Shown piece by piece: positions 10,002 through 20,500 of a stretch of DNA of 57,912 nt; position 1 is the stretch's first letter; each line of letters begins with the position of its first letter. Source of the stretch: Coleofasciculus sp. B1-GNL1-01 (lineage in GTDB: Bacteria; Cyanobacteriota; Cyanobacteriia; Cyanobacteriales; Coleofasciculaceae); the NCBI GenBank assembly GCA_040220235.1, contig JAVJTO010000012.1; one strand, given 5' to 3'. The position numbers and the translations under genes are program-made. Under the pieces are notes generated by a model that was given only the letters and a program-made list of their open reading frames with translations, did not search any database and was not told the origin of the DNA.

Positions 10002-10104
10002 TTTTCATCCTCCATCCACTTCAGTCTATCTAGTTTACATTTTTCCAGCCCTTGACACTTTAATCCTGACCCTATAGCTACACAACGATCGCCCGGACAG
10101 AATG

Positions 10105-11955
10105 TTAAACTGACTGCCAAAGCTTAATTTTGCGATCGCTCCCTGCACTGACAAGAATATCCCCATGGGGACTAAAGGCTAAAGAACGAACGGGTTGAGA
10201 ATGCCCTGACAACTTGGTTAATCGTTGACCATTTTGAACATCCCATAGTTCAATTAGCGCACCACTTCCACTGGCGAGAACTTGACTATCGGGACTAAAT
10301 GCCAAAGCCGTCACACCTGGAGACTCTGGTGCAAACGTCCGTATTGATTTACCGGTTTGGGGATTCCAGAGGGTGATTGCTCGACTGCTACCACTGGCAA
10401 GCATCAGACCATCTGGGCTAAATTCTAGACAGGTAATGTTTGTAGACTGATTGGTAAACGTCATTAACGGTTTACCATTATGAGGATTCCACAGTTCTAG
10501 AGTGCCATTTAAACTGCCCACGGCACAACTATGACCATTCGGATTAAAGGCAATATGTCGGGCTGAATCTGAATTTCCGGCTAAAATACGCAGCAATTTG
10601 CCTGTCCGTACTGCCCAAAGTTTAATTTCCCAATCCCCGCTACTAATTAATATCTGACCATTGGGACTAAATACAATATCTCGCACCCGATCCGCACGAC
10701 TGACTAAGGTATTAATCAATTTTCCGGTGCTAAGTGACCACAGTTTAATCGTTTTATCAAAACTGCCACTGGCTAAAATCTGACCATTTGGACTAATTGC
10801 CACACAGGTTACACGGTGGCTATGTCCAGTTAAGTTATGCAAAGGTTTGCCGAGGCGTAATGCCCACAGTTTAATGCTTTTGTCATAACTGCCACTGACT
10901 AACGTCTTACCGTCTGGACTGATAGCAATGGCACGAATCTCATCTGTATGTCCAGAAAGAGTCCGACGCAGTTTCACCTTTTCCCAGGGATTGGGTGAGG
11001 TGGAAATGGGCAATAACTGAGTAATTAGAGACATCAGTCCTTTGGCTTTGGACTGACTTGGCGATCGCGTCTTGATCAGAATCGGTGCTGGTGGCGGTAA
11101 CTCAGGCTTGGGCGCAATAATGTCTTCAATACAACGGCGAATCATGGCTGGGGTCTGCGGTCGCTGACCAGGAAACGTCGCCATGAGATAATCTATTAAA
11201 TCGGCTAATTCTTTGCTAACTTGCGACGCACTCTCTCGCCATTGCAACTTACCCGTCCGGGGGTGAGACTCAAAATCGTTGGGAGATTTGCCTGTGAATA
11301 AATAGACAAAGGTGCGACCTAGGGCAAAGAAATCTGATTGCGCTACGGCTTTACCCTCCATTTGTTCCGGTGGTGTATATCCACTGGAGATAATCACGGT
11401 GCCTGTTTCATCTTGTTTTTGCCGTTGTAAGTAGGTTTCGGTGATCTCGCGCACCGCCCCAAAGTCAATTAATGCCAGTTGTCCATTGGGTCGCAGGATA
11501 ATATTGGAGGGTTTGATATCTCGATGGATTAGCTCTTGTTGGTGCAGTTGTTCTAAAATATCCACCAATTGTTTCAACCACGCGATCGCTTGGTCTTGAC
11601 TGAGAACAGGTTTTTTGCGACCGGATCGCCACTGCTTCAACGTGATCCCCTCAATTTTCTCCATGATTAAGCAGTGCAGGGAGACGTCTGTCCCCTGCGA
11701 CCAGACAAAATAGCCATCTGACTTAACTCTGGGAATACCAGGATGTTGAAGCCGACTCAAGACCATAGCTTCACGCTGGAACAAGGATACAGCTTTTTCT
11801 TTAGCGTCATAGCTGTAAAACCGATCCAGATTCAGAACTTTCAGGACTTTGGCAATTCCCTGATCATCGACTTCAAAGGTTTGACTAAACCCACCTTTAC
11901 CGAGTGTTCGCAGGACTCGATAACGGTTTTGAAGCAACAGGTTGGGGTATATCAT
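10105..11955 (-). CDS. Ser/Thr protein kinase with 7 C-terminal WD40 repeats
   Basis: LGKGGFSQT, VLKVL, IHRDIKPSN, LIDFG and GYTPPEQ motifs; repeated GH...V..IAISPDG..L.SGS.D..IKLW units. Confidence 0.96.
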   Translation of the reverse strand: MIYPNLLLQNRYRVLRTLGKGGFSQTFEVDDQGIAKVLKVLNLDRFYSYDAKEKAVSLFQREAMVLSRLQHPGIPRVKSDGYFVWSQGTDVSLHCLIMEKIEGITLKQWRSGRKKPVLSQDQAIAWLKQLVDILEQLHQQELIHRDIKPSNIILRPNGQLALIDFGAVREITETYLQRQKQDETGTVIISSGYTPPEQMEGKAVAQSDFFALGRTFVYLFTGKSPNDFESHPRTGKLQWRESASQVSKELADLIDYLMATFPGQRPQTPAMIRRCIEDIIAPKPELPPPAPILIKTRSPSQSKAKGLMSLITQLLPISTSPNPWEKVKLRRTLSGHTDEIRAIAISPDGKTLVSGSYDKSIKLWALRLGKPLHNLTGHSHRVTCVAISPNGQILASGSFDKTIKLWSLSTGKLINTLVSRADRVRDIVFSPNGQILISSGDWEIKLWAVRTGKLLRILAGNSDSARHIAFNPNGHSCAVGSLNGTLELWNPHNGKPLMTFTNQSTNITCLEFSPDGLMLASGSSRAITLWNPQTGKSIRTFAPESPGVTALAFSPDSQVLASGSGALIELWDVQNGQRLTKLSGHSQPVRSLAFSPHGDILVSAGSDRKIKLWQSV

Positions 11956-12045
11956 GAGGGGGGTTAGAAACAGTAATCTTGGCTACGTCGCAGTATCACT
12001 TATCTCTTTTTGCTTCGCCACTTATACCAAACCTCTAGGGTCTGC

Positions 12046-13671
12046 TTACAATCTGCCTTCAATCGCATCCAGTAAGTTGATCGTGTTAAGTCGTGCATAT
12101 CCCACCATTTGGTCAGATGTTCCTTCTAGTATAGAAAGAATCGCTTTAAGTTGATCATCTAGGCGCTCTGTGTCTTTTAACACATACAATCGATCCCTGA
12201 CGCGAGTAAGAATTAGGCGAATTTGTAGCGTCTTCAGATCATCGGATACCTGTTCTTTGACTAGGGCATGACTCCTGAGTAGCCCCAGTTGACTTACGGA
12301 TTTGGTTTGACAAACAGTTGCAATTTGCTGACACACCTGGTCAATAAATTGATTGGTGGCATACTTCAACAAAGCCGGCTGAATGGTAAAAATCGCTTCA
12401 TTAGCTTCGGCATTGGGTTCTTTCTCCAACAGAGATCGGCGTTTGAGGGATTCCAACGCTGCCAGGAGTTTCGATAAGGATGTCACCGAAAACTTCATTG
12501 CCTCTTTTAATTCCGAAATTGAAAGCGGCTGATTTTCCAGTGCCAACCAATAAATGATTTCCTGTTCTAAAGGAGATAAACGTTGGAATTGTTGATTAAA
12601 AACATTCGGTAGAATATCACCAATAATTAATGTACTTTGCTCTAAAAATTCCGAAATATTTCCGTCAAATATTTCTTGGATAGTTGTCGCCATGATTTTT
12701 AGGGCTAACGGATTGCCGCGATAAAGCTGAATCAGGGCATCAGCACTTGACTTTAAGGAAGAAAATCCTTTCGTTTCTAAAATGCGTTTAGCATCCTCCG
12801 CACTTAAGCCTTTGAGTTTGAGTTCTCGAACCGGGAGTTTTGTACCCGCTAATGAGGCAATTTCTATCGGTTTTTCCCGACTAATCAGCAGTAAGCAACT
12901 TTGATGGCGTTCTTCAGCCATGCGCCGAATCAGTTCCCCATAGTCTTGATACCCGTCTCGATAATGTCCGGCTAACCTGCCACTACTCATGATAGTTTCC
13001 ACATCATCGAGGAGCAACAAACAGCGATGGCGTTGGCAGTAGTCCATCAGTTGCGAAATTTGACCGTTAGTGGTATCTGGTGACTCTCGTTCCTTACCCT
13101 CCGATAAAAAGTCGATGATCTCAGTGAGGAGATCACCCAAGGGTGAAGCATGACGTAGCGATCGCCAGATCACATATTCAAAGGACGATTGTACCTGTTC
13201 AGCTACCTTCGCTGCCAGGGCGGTTTTACCGATTCCCCCCATTCCCAGGAGTGCTACGATACGACAGCGTTCTTTGACAATCCATTGGTCTAGCTGTTTG
13301 AGTTCCGACGTGCGACCGTAAAAGATGGAGATGTCAATGGTTTCTCCCCAATCTTGACGGCTACGACTATTGGAGGGTGTCGTCTTGCCTTGATCGACAA
13401 TTTCTTCCCAGTTGAGTCCTAAAACGTGACAATATGCTTTAAAGGCATGAGCGCTAATGGGTTGTCTTCCGGCTAAAAACCGCTTCCATGTTCCTTGGGA
13501 GAGTCCAGTGGCATAAGGTCCCCCAGTATACCACGGTTTATCCGGTTCCAGTATTCGACTAGCCTCAAGCAAGCAGGTGTCGTCATCGTCAAGACTCCAA
13601 CTCCACCCCTTTTCGTTTCTGGCTTGCTTGATTTTAGCGAGTCCCCATTGAGAGGCTTTAAGAGTCGGCAC
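12046..13671 (-). CDS. NB-ARC/STAND NTPase with N-terminal HTH-like domain, lacking C-terminal WD40 repeats
   Basis: DWGE..D...FYGR, Walker A GMGGIGKT, Walker B LLLLDDVE, GNPLALK and LESLKRRSLL winged helix. The protein ends at GYARLNTINLL, where homologues normally continue into repeats. Confidence 0.9.
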   Translation of the reverse strand: MPTLKASQWGLAKIKQARNEKGWSWSLDDDDTCLLEASRILEPDKPWYTGGPYATGLSQGTWKRFLAGRQPISAHAFKAYCHVLGLNWEEIVDQGKTTPSNSRSRQDWGETIDISIFYGRTSELKQLDQWIVKERCRIVALLGMGGIGKTALAAKVAEQVQSSFEYVIWRSLRHASPLGDLLTEIIDFLSEGKERESPDTTNGQISQLMDYCQRHRCLLLLDDVETIMSSGRLAGHYRDGYQDYGELIRRMAEERHQSCLLLISREKPIEIASLAGTKLPVRELKLKGLSAEDAKRILETKGFSSLKSSADALIQLYRGNPLALKIMATTIQEIFDGNISEFLEQSTLIIGDILPNVFNQQFQRLSPLEQEIIYWLALENQPLSISELKEAMKFSVTSLSKLLAALESLKRRSLLEKEPNAEANEAIFTIQPALLKYATNQFIDQVCQQIATVCQTKSVSQLGLLRSHALVKEQVSDDLKTLQIRLILTRVRDRLYVLKDTERLDDQLKAILSILEGTSDQMVGYARLNTINLLDAIEGRL

Positions 13672-14211
13672 TGTTTCACCTTAGTTTTGCCATTTGTCAA
13701 GATCGATTTTAGAGCAATTTCTAACGTTATGGATAAAAGCACACATTCAAAGGTGTCATGACCCAAATAATGGAGTCACGCTCATTATGCCCTGAACTAA
13801 AGTAATCTTCCAGAAGGCTGGCGCTCATTGTGACAATTTTATCCTATATACTCTTGAGCTAAAGGGCAATTACCTGGTACTGTCCAATACCAAATCGGGC
13901 AAAGCCTGTTAATTGTAGGGGCGGGTTTAGCCATTCCAGCTAACTTTTTATTAATAACTGAACAACAAAACCCGCCCTGATTGAGGATACTCAATCTGGT
14001 TTGACTATCCTCTGTATAATTTAGTCCGCGCAGGCGGACTTTGTTTATGTAGCTGTGACTTCCTCCTCACCAGGGCAATGAAATTTTTGATAACTTTCTC
14101 TTAACGATCTAGGGCTAAAGCCCTGACTACGGACTCTCTATTTTAATCTTCAAAGAGACGCGATCGCCTACACTAGAGTTATAATACCTAGTCATTGATG
14201 TAGAGGCTTCT

Positions 14212-15924
14212 ATGCATCTGCAACCTCGCCCATTAATCACTCGCCTTACGGCTGTCCTCAGCCTTCTACTCCTCAGCGCTTGTAACGGGAGTAACACGAA
14301 TCCAGACAATTTCAGTGGTCTCACCATTAAATTCCTAGCAGGTAGCGCCTTGGGAGACTTCTGCAACCAAGCGGCGGAAAACTTCAATCAACAACAGCCC
14401 CAACTTGATAATGGCACCGCCATCCGCCTAACTTGTGAATCGATGGGGAGTGGCGATATTGTTACTAGCTTGGTTTCTCAAGCCGAACAACTCAAAAATG
14501 GCACTCTGGAAGCCGAGTCTGCGGAATTGCCCACCTTGATTTCCGTTGATGGCGAGATTTATCAAAGTCAGTTAATCTACCGGATGAATCAGCTATTTCC
14601 CGGACAAAACTACATTCCAGAGATTCCCGACTCCCCCCTGCTGGCAAATAGTCCGATGGTCTTTATGGCACAGGAGGATGTTGCAACAGGATTGAAGAAC
14701 ACAGCTAATCCGTTCAAAGCCCTAGTCACGGCTGAAACCCATCAAGATATTGACCCTGCCAGTCCCCCCTTAGCCGTTCACTACGTCCATACCGCACCCA
14801 CCCGTTCTAATTCTGGCTTACAAACCTTAGTCGCCCAATATGCGGCGGTTTCGGGGAAGCGTCCCGAAAATTTAACGGCGGAAGATGTTAAGAACTATGA
14901 ATCCCAAGTTCAGCAAATCCAAAGCAAAATTACTCGGTATGGCGTTTCCACTGATTCTCTAGCGGAAGCCATGGTGCAAAATGGACCGTTTTGGGCATCT
15001 GTGGGTTCAGTTTATGAGTCTTCAGTGATTGCGGCAAATGCGAACCCCCAACCGAATCAACCCCGTTACCAAGCCGTTTATCCCAACGCCACCTTTACCT
15101 CAAATATGCGGGCGATTATCCCCAATGCGCCTTGGGTGAGTGAGGAAGAAAAAGCCGCCGCCGAGAAGGTTGTTACTTATTTACAATCGCCTGAAGCCCA
15201 ACAAATTGCCACGGAACTGGGTTTGCGTCCGGGAACCCCAGGCGTCGCTTTAGGACCGAAGTTTATTCCAGAGTTTGGTGTGAATCCCCAAGCGAAATAT
15301 GATTCCTATCGTCCCCCGCAACCCGAAGTTGTTGAGGCAATGTTAACCTCCTGGCAAGAGGTGGCAAAGAAACCCTCCCAGGTGGTTGTGGTAGTGGATA
15401 CATCGGGTTCGATGCAAGGAAATAAATTACCTGCTGTACAGAATACACTGCAGAACTACATTAACAGCCTCGGATCTAAAGATAAGATTGCCCTGATTGA
15501 TTTTAATGATGAAATCAGCCAACCTGTGTTGGTCGAGGGAACCGATGCCGGACGGAATCGTGGTTTGGAGTTTATTAGTGGTCTTCAAGCTTATGGAGGG
15601 ACTAAACTCTATGATGCGGCACTTTATGCCCGTAACTGGTTACAAGACAATCCTCGCCCGGATGCGATTAATGCGGTGCTAATTCTCACCGATGGGGAAG
15701 ATTCGGGGTCTCAGATTAATCTGAATCAACTAGAACAAGAATTGCAACAAAGTGGGTTTAATAGTGATCAGCGAATTGCATTTTTTACCATTGGTTATGG
15801 TAAGGAAGGTGATTTTGATCCGGAGGCGCTGAAGGCAATTGCTGACCTGAATGCAGGCTATTACCGTAAAGGAGATCCCGAAACGATTGCGACGGTTATG
15901 GATGATTTACAGGTTGAATTCTAA
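14212..15924 (+). CDS. Lipoprotein: extracellular solute-binding domain plus vWA domain
   Basis: Lipobox LLSAC; SPMV and PTRSNSG motifs of the SBP_bac_11 type; MIDAS VVDTSGSM, T.LYDA and LTDGED. Confidence 0.9.
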   Translation: MHLQPRPLITRLTAVLSLLLLSACNGSNTNPDNFSGLTIKFLAGSALGDFCNQAAENFNQQQPQLDNGTAIRLTCESMGSGDIVTSLVSQAEQLKNGTLEAESAELPTLISVDGEIYQSQLIYRMNQLFPGQNYIPEIPDSPLLANSPMVFMAQEDVATGLKNTANPFKALVTAETHQDIDPASPPLAVHYVHTAPTRSNSGLQTLVAQYAAVSGKRPENLTAEDVKNYESQVQQIQSKITRYGVSTDSLAEAMVQNGPFWASVGSVYESSVIAANANPQPNQPRYQAVYPNATFTSNMRAIIPNAPWVSEEEKAAAEKVVTYLQSPEAQQIATELGLRPGTPGVALGPKFIPEFGVNPQAKYDSYRPPQPEVVEAMLTSWQEVAKKPSQVVVVVDTSGSMQGNKLPAVQNTLQNYINSLGSKDKIALIDFNDEISQPVLVEGTDAGRNRGLEFISGLQAYGGTKLYDAALYARNWLQDNPRPDAINAVLILTDGEDSGSQINLNQLEQELQQSGFNSDQRIAFFTIGYGKEGDFDPEALKAIADLNAGYYRKGDPETIATVMDDLQVEF

Positions 15925-16051
15925 TGGGTCATTGGTATTATTTCATTGGTCATTCGTCAAGTAAGTAAAGGGCGGGTTTTGTAGCCAAGCTAGGGAAAAG
16001 AATCAACATTAGTCCCTAAACCCGCCCCTACATACTCAAAACTCAAACCTT

Positions 16052-16774
16052 ATGAAACTGGCAAATCCACTTAACTACCCTTTAGCTGTACTCGCTGGCG
16101 GAATTGTTCTTGTTGTCGGCGTTCGTCTGGCTAACTTATCCAGTGTGGTCATGTTACCCTTTGCCGCCGTTATTGCCACAGGCGGCGCGATCGCACTCAA
16201 ATCGAAAGAACCGGAAACGTTGAATCTAGAGAACCCGGAACTGGCGCGGGAACTGCAATTGGTCAAACAGCAAGCCCAGACGTTAGCAGGGAAAGCAGAG
16301 ATATTGCGATCAGAAGCCACTAAACTCTTAAGCGATGGCTTAGAAGTCGAGTTACTCGCCGCCGTTCAGTATGCGTGCGATCGCGCCTCTGAATTACCTG
16401 CTAAAGTTGACCAGTTGACTCAACGCTTTCAGGGGGCTGATTCCCTACTATCCGTCAGTGATTTACAACAGCAACTCGAACAGGTCAATCACAAACAAAC
16501 CCAAGCGAGTGGTGTTGCTAAAGACCAACTTAATAAACTTACAGAAAGCTTGCAGCGTAATCTCCAGTTAGCGCGTCAGGGACAAGATGCGCGTCAAGCA
16601 CAAGTTACCAGCCTTTCGACTATGATTGCTGATGCAGCTGGGGTGTTACAGCAACTCCAAAATAAGCTAAGAACTGCCGATTTAAATGACTCCGAACAAG
16701 CCAGAGAACTCCGTTCCTTGAGTGAAGAACTTCATAGTTTAGAAGAGAGTTTCGATCTATTGGTAACAAAATAA
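16052..16774 (+). CDS. Two-TM coiled-coil protein
   Basis: Two N-terminal hydrophobic helices followed by a long Q/E/L heptad region; lies between two SBP genes. Confidence 0.8.
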   Translation: MKLANPLNYPLAVLAGGIVLVVGVRLANLSSVVMLPFAAVIATGGAIALKSKEPETLNLENPELARELQLVKQQAQTLAGKAEILRSEATKLLSDGLEVELLAAVQYACDRASELPAKVDQLTQRFQGADSLLSVSDLQQQLEQVNHKQTQASGVAKDQLNKLTESLQRNLQLARQGQDARQAQVTSLSTMIADAAGVLQQLQNKLRTADLNDSEQARELRSLSEELHSLEESFDLLVTK

Positions 16775-16792
16775 TCCAAGTACACCAGAACA

Positions 16793-17917
16793 ATGGCAAC
16801 CAAAACTCGTCAATCTCAAAACCCAACCCGGCTGTTAACCTCCATTGGCATTATCCTGGTATCTTTAGGTTTAACTTATGCCCCTTTACCTGGATTCAAC
16901 CAGACTGTTGTGGTGGTTAGTGGAACTGAACTGGCTGAACCCCTGCAAAGTCTAGAAGCCAAGTTTGAAGAAGAAAATCCGGGAATTGACTTAGAACTCA
17001 AGTTTCAAGGTTCCCAGGATATGGTAAATAACTATATTGATAACCAGAACGACTTCCAGCCTACGGTACTCATTCCCGCCAGTAGCGAGATTGTACAGGA
17101 ATTACGCGATCGCATTCAGGCGCAACAGAATGGTGAACCTTTCTACAATACGCCTCAACCTATTGCCAAAACGATCCTTGTGGGTGTGGCTTGGACTCAA
17201 CGTGGCACTATTCTGTTTCCCAACGGGCGTTTCCAATGGCAACGGGTTGAACAAGCCATGCAAGCAGGAAACTGGGAAGAAATTGGCGGGAATAACGATT
17301 GGGGGAGTTTTGATTTTGTGATTACAGATCCTACCCGTTCTAATAGTGGTCAGGTAACGTTAGGACTATGGGCGCAGTCTAAATTAGGCGGACGTCTACT
17401 CAGCAGCGCTGCATTAAACAATCCTGAAATTAATTCTTTATTTAGTTTAATTAAGCGTTCCGTCTATCAGCCGCCCCGTTCAACTGACATATTACTACAA
17501 GAATTTATCAGTCGGGGTCCTAATGATGCAGATGTGGCGACCGTGTATGAAAGTATTGCCCTTTATCGTTGGCAGCAATCAGCCGCGAATCAAGGCAAAC
17601 CCTACCAAATTTATTACCTTGATCCGACAATTGAAACGGTATCTACCGCAGCCATTGTACGACGTAATGTGAATGAAGGTAAGGCAAAAGCTGCCCAACA
17701 ATTTTTAGAGTTTCTGACTCAAGCGCCCCAACAGGAAGTGTTTGTGCAGTACGGTTTCCGTCCCGTTAATAATACCGTTGATTTACAAACCGTTGCCAAT
17801 AGTCCTTGGTCTCAGACTATTCCAGGTGCTGAGATAAATCCCCCTGGAAACGTGATTCCACCCCCGGATAAGCAAGTGTTAACTGAAATTCAACGGTTGT
17901 GGGAGAGGGCAAATTAA
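16793..17917 (+). CDS. Extracellular solute-binding protein (SBP_bac_11-like)
   Basis: N-terminal anchor; DPTRSNSG, VYES and GFRP motifs shared with 14212-15924. Confidence 0.85.
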   Translation: MATKTRQSQNPTRLLTSIGIILVSLGLTYAPLPGFNQTVVVVSGTELAEPLQSLEAKFEEENPGIDLELKFQGSQDMVNNYIDNQNDFQPTVLIPASSEIVQELRDRIQAQQNGEPFYNTPQPIAKTILVGVAWTQRGTILFPNGRFQWQRVEQAMQAGNWEEIGGNNDWGSFDFVITDPTRSNSGQVTLGLWAQSKLGGRLLSSAALNNPEINSLFSLIKRSVYQPPRSTDILLQEFISRGPNDADVATVYESIALYRWQQSAANQGKPYQIYYLDPTIETVSTAAIVRRNVNEGKAKAAQQFLEFLTQAPQQEVFVQYGFRPVNNTVDLQTVANSPWSQTIPGAEINPPGNVIPPPDKQVLTEIQRLWERAN

Positions 17918-18228
17918 TGAAGTCATTTGTCATTCGTCATTTGTCATTTTTCATAGGAACCATAACGTACCATTTCAGCAAGCCGTCATAAAAAACCGTG
18001 GAACTTTCTAAGTCCCACGATATTTGGCATGAGGAGTTTTAGCTTTACCTTCGATTCTAAAATCCCTCACTCTTTAATATGTCCCCGTAACCATTTTGGT
18101 AACGAGATGTTAGAAAAAGTTATTTGTGTTGATTGTTTACCGTTCATTGTTCATAGACTAATGCATAGGATCTATCTGTAGAGTGCGTTAGCGTAGCGTA
18201 ACGCACCATTGTCGCTACACCCTGTATC

Positions 18229-20208
18229 TTAATCCTCTAATTCAGGTGGTGAATCAGGGATAGACTCAGGCTGTTCTATCGGTTGAGGAGGCGAAAAGCG
18301 ATCGCGCATTTGTTTGAATGCTTGGGGATTGAGTAGCCACTGGGCAATAAACACAGCAGCGCCCGCCGAGAGGATAATCAACAGTATCCCAAAAACTCCG
18401 ATGATGATCTTGAACCAATCCTGACTAGAGGATGCGACTTCAACATCTATAGGTTCGGACATTTCCTCGTCTTCCTCACCAACAGGTTCCTCTGTGGTTG
18501 GCAATTGAGTCTCTAACTCGATAGTCTGGGCATTATTTTCCAGTTGTAATCCTTCCAGATTCAACACCACTGGATATTGTGGAGAAACACCACAATAGGT
18601 GAGAACAACGGAAGCATTATCATAACCATTCCGTTGATTTGCCTGATCAACCAGAAACTGTACTGCTGCTTCTAGAGATAGCTTGCCACTGAACACATCT
18701 TTGGCAAAATCCGCATAAACAGACTCGATCAAATTGTTATCACTTACCCCATCGGAACAGAGCAACAATAAACCATCTTCCTCTAAAATCAAGCGGCGTA
18801 CATGGGGATAAAGAGACTCTGCATCCTTGGTTCCTACGGCTTGGGTCAATGCGCCAGAATCTGGGCGCTGTAAGGCATGACGGTAAAAACTTCGACCCAT
18901 CCTGACTTCCCGCGTTGCCACATCATCATCGACAGTAAGCTGTTGGCAGTAGTCGGGAGTGATCCAGTAGGCACGACTATCCCCGACACTGGCAATGTAG
19001 AGTTCGTGACTATTGCCTTCGCTATCCGATTGAATCACCGTTTGCGGCAATTGTAGGGCTAGGGTTAAAGTTGTACCCATACGCCGCCGGGATTCTCGTT
19101 CTTGTTGGTCGTTCTTGGAGGCAATAAGATTATTGACAACTCGAACAATTGCCGATAGTTGTTGTGCCACTAAATCCGGACTCATCAGTTCCGGATCTTC
19201 GAGTAACTCAGCTAGTAACGCCCGCACCTGAATTTTCACCGACTGCATGGCGATATGGCTAGCGACTTCGCCGCCTTCATGTCCGCCAATCCCATCACAG
19301 ACGAGGGAGAGATGGGAAATCAGGGGATCAGGTTCGGCGGTCAAATCCGATTGCAGGGGATAGCAGCTATCCTCATTGTGGTCATGTAAGGGACCGATAT
19401 CCGTGAGTCCAGCTACTTCTAAACGTAGGGGTTGTCGCGAAGATTGAGCCAACAGAAGCTGATTAAGCTGAACGGCAATTGCCTCAAAGGAGGGGTTAGG
19501 CGTTTGCATTTGCTGGGCGATATCTCGCAGTTGATCCGCTACCGCCACGGATGCTGTGCGACACCAAGATTCCCAACATTTTCCTAGCTGTTGCAGACTT
19601 GCCTGAGTTCGGGAGTGGGGTAGGGTTGTTGTACCTCCAGACGCACTGGTTGATGAGTCGGTTTTTTTACCTCTGACTGACAGGGGGACAGGTGCGGGAT
19701 CAGAATCCGTCGTTTCATTCCTAACCAGTTCCCGCAGTCGCACCCGCCAGCCTTCGACTCGCATCTGTTCGGGATCAACCAGGGTGGCGGCTACGCCTAA
19801 TTCAACTAACGGTTGCCATAACTCTAAAATTTGCCATAACCAATAGATCTGACGTACAGGGGAGGCTTTTGACCATTGTGAAGTAATCGCCGGATAGAGT
19901 TCGCCGTTGTTGTCAATTGGGACATTTTCCAGCAAAATAATCGGCGTAGTCGATTGAGAGTCTACCCCGGAACAAACCCCATAAACCTCTGGAACGTGCA
20001 AACGATGGGGATATAGGCGTAGATAGGGGAGAAACATTCCACTTATGCGATCGGGAGCCTGGGGTAACTCCTCTGGGTGCAGATCCAGCCAAATTTGGGG
20101 CGCGACGACTTGATACCGTTCGGCAACCATTTCCCCCACCGGGATCGACGCAGCCGTTGCACCTACTGCCCACAGATAACGATTAGTTTGCGGCTGATCA
20201 GTACTCAT
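18229..20208 (-). CDS. PP2C-family Ser/Thr phosphatase with C-terminal TM
   Basis: TDIG...HNEDS, VCDGIGGHEGGEVAS, MGTT, VGDSRAY, LLCSDGVSD and GYDNAS motifs. Confidence 0.93.
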   Translation of the reverse strand: MSTDQPQTNRYLWAVGATAASIPVGEMVAERYQVVAPQIWLDLHPEELPQAPDRISGMFLPYLRLYPHRLHVPEVYGVCSGVDSQSTTPIILLENVPIDNNGELYPAITSQWSKASPVRQIYWLWQILELWQPLVELGVAATLVDPEQMRVEGWRVRLRELVRNETTDSDPAPVPLSVRGKKTDSSTSASGGTTTLPHSRTQASLQQLGKCWESWCRTASVAVADQLRDIAQQMQTPNPSFEAIAVQLNQLLLAQSSRQPLRLEVAGLTDIGPLHDHNEDSCYPLQSDLTAEPDPLISHLSLVCDGIGGHEGGEVASHIAMQSVKIQVRALLAELLEDPELMSPDLVAQQLSAIVRVVNNLIASKNDQQERESRRRMGTTLTLALQLPQTVIQSDSEGNSHELYIASVGDSRAYWITPDYCQQLTVDDDVATREVRMGRSFYRHALQRPDSGALTQAVGTKDAESLYPHVRRLILEEDGLLLLCSDGVSDNNLIESVYADFAKDVFSGKLSLEAAVQFLVDQANQRNGYDNASVVLTYCGVSPQYPVVLNLEGLQLENNAQTIELETQLPTTEEPVGEEDEEMSEPIDVEVASSSQDWFKIIIGVFGILLIILSAGAAVFIAQWLLNPQAFKQMRDRFSPPQPIEQPESIPDSPPELED

Positions 20209-20500
20209 AAATCTTAAAAAATAATTTGGGAATGAATGGGCAACTGGAGTATTTCAATACCAAGCTTGCCAATTCAGAATTGAATTCTGTGTCATTCCCC
20301 TCGAATTAATAAGCATAATCAAAACACGGCGCTGTGTCTATAGTTTGTCCGTTGTTATTGACCAATTTTCACAAGCTGTTGCTTCCCCACCTCCCAGACG
20401 TGCCATGGCACGTCTCTACATTGCTTCCCAAGAATGGCACAGTGGCAAACTAAACTAGAAGAACAAAATCCTTTCAACCCAGGATACACTGGATTTTTAT

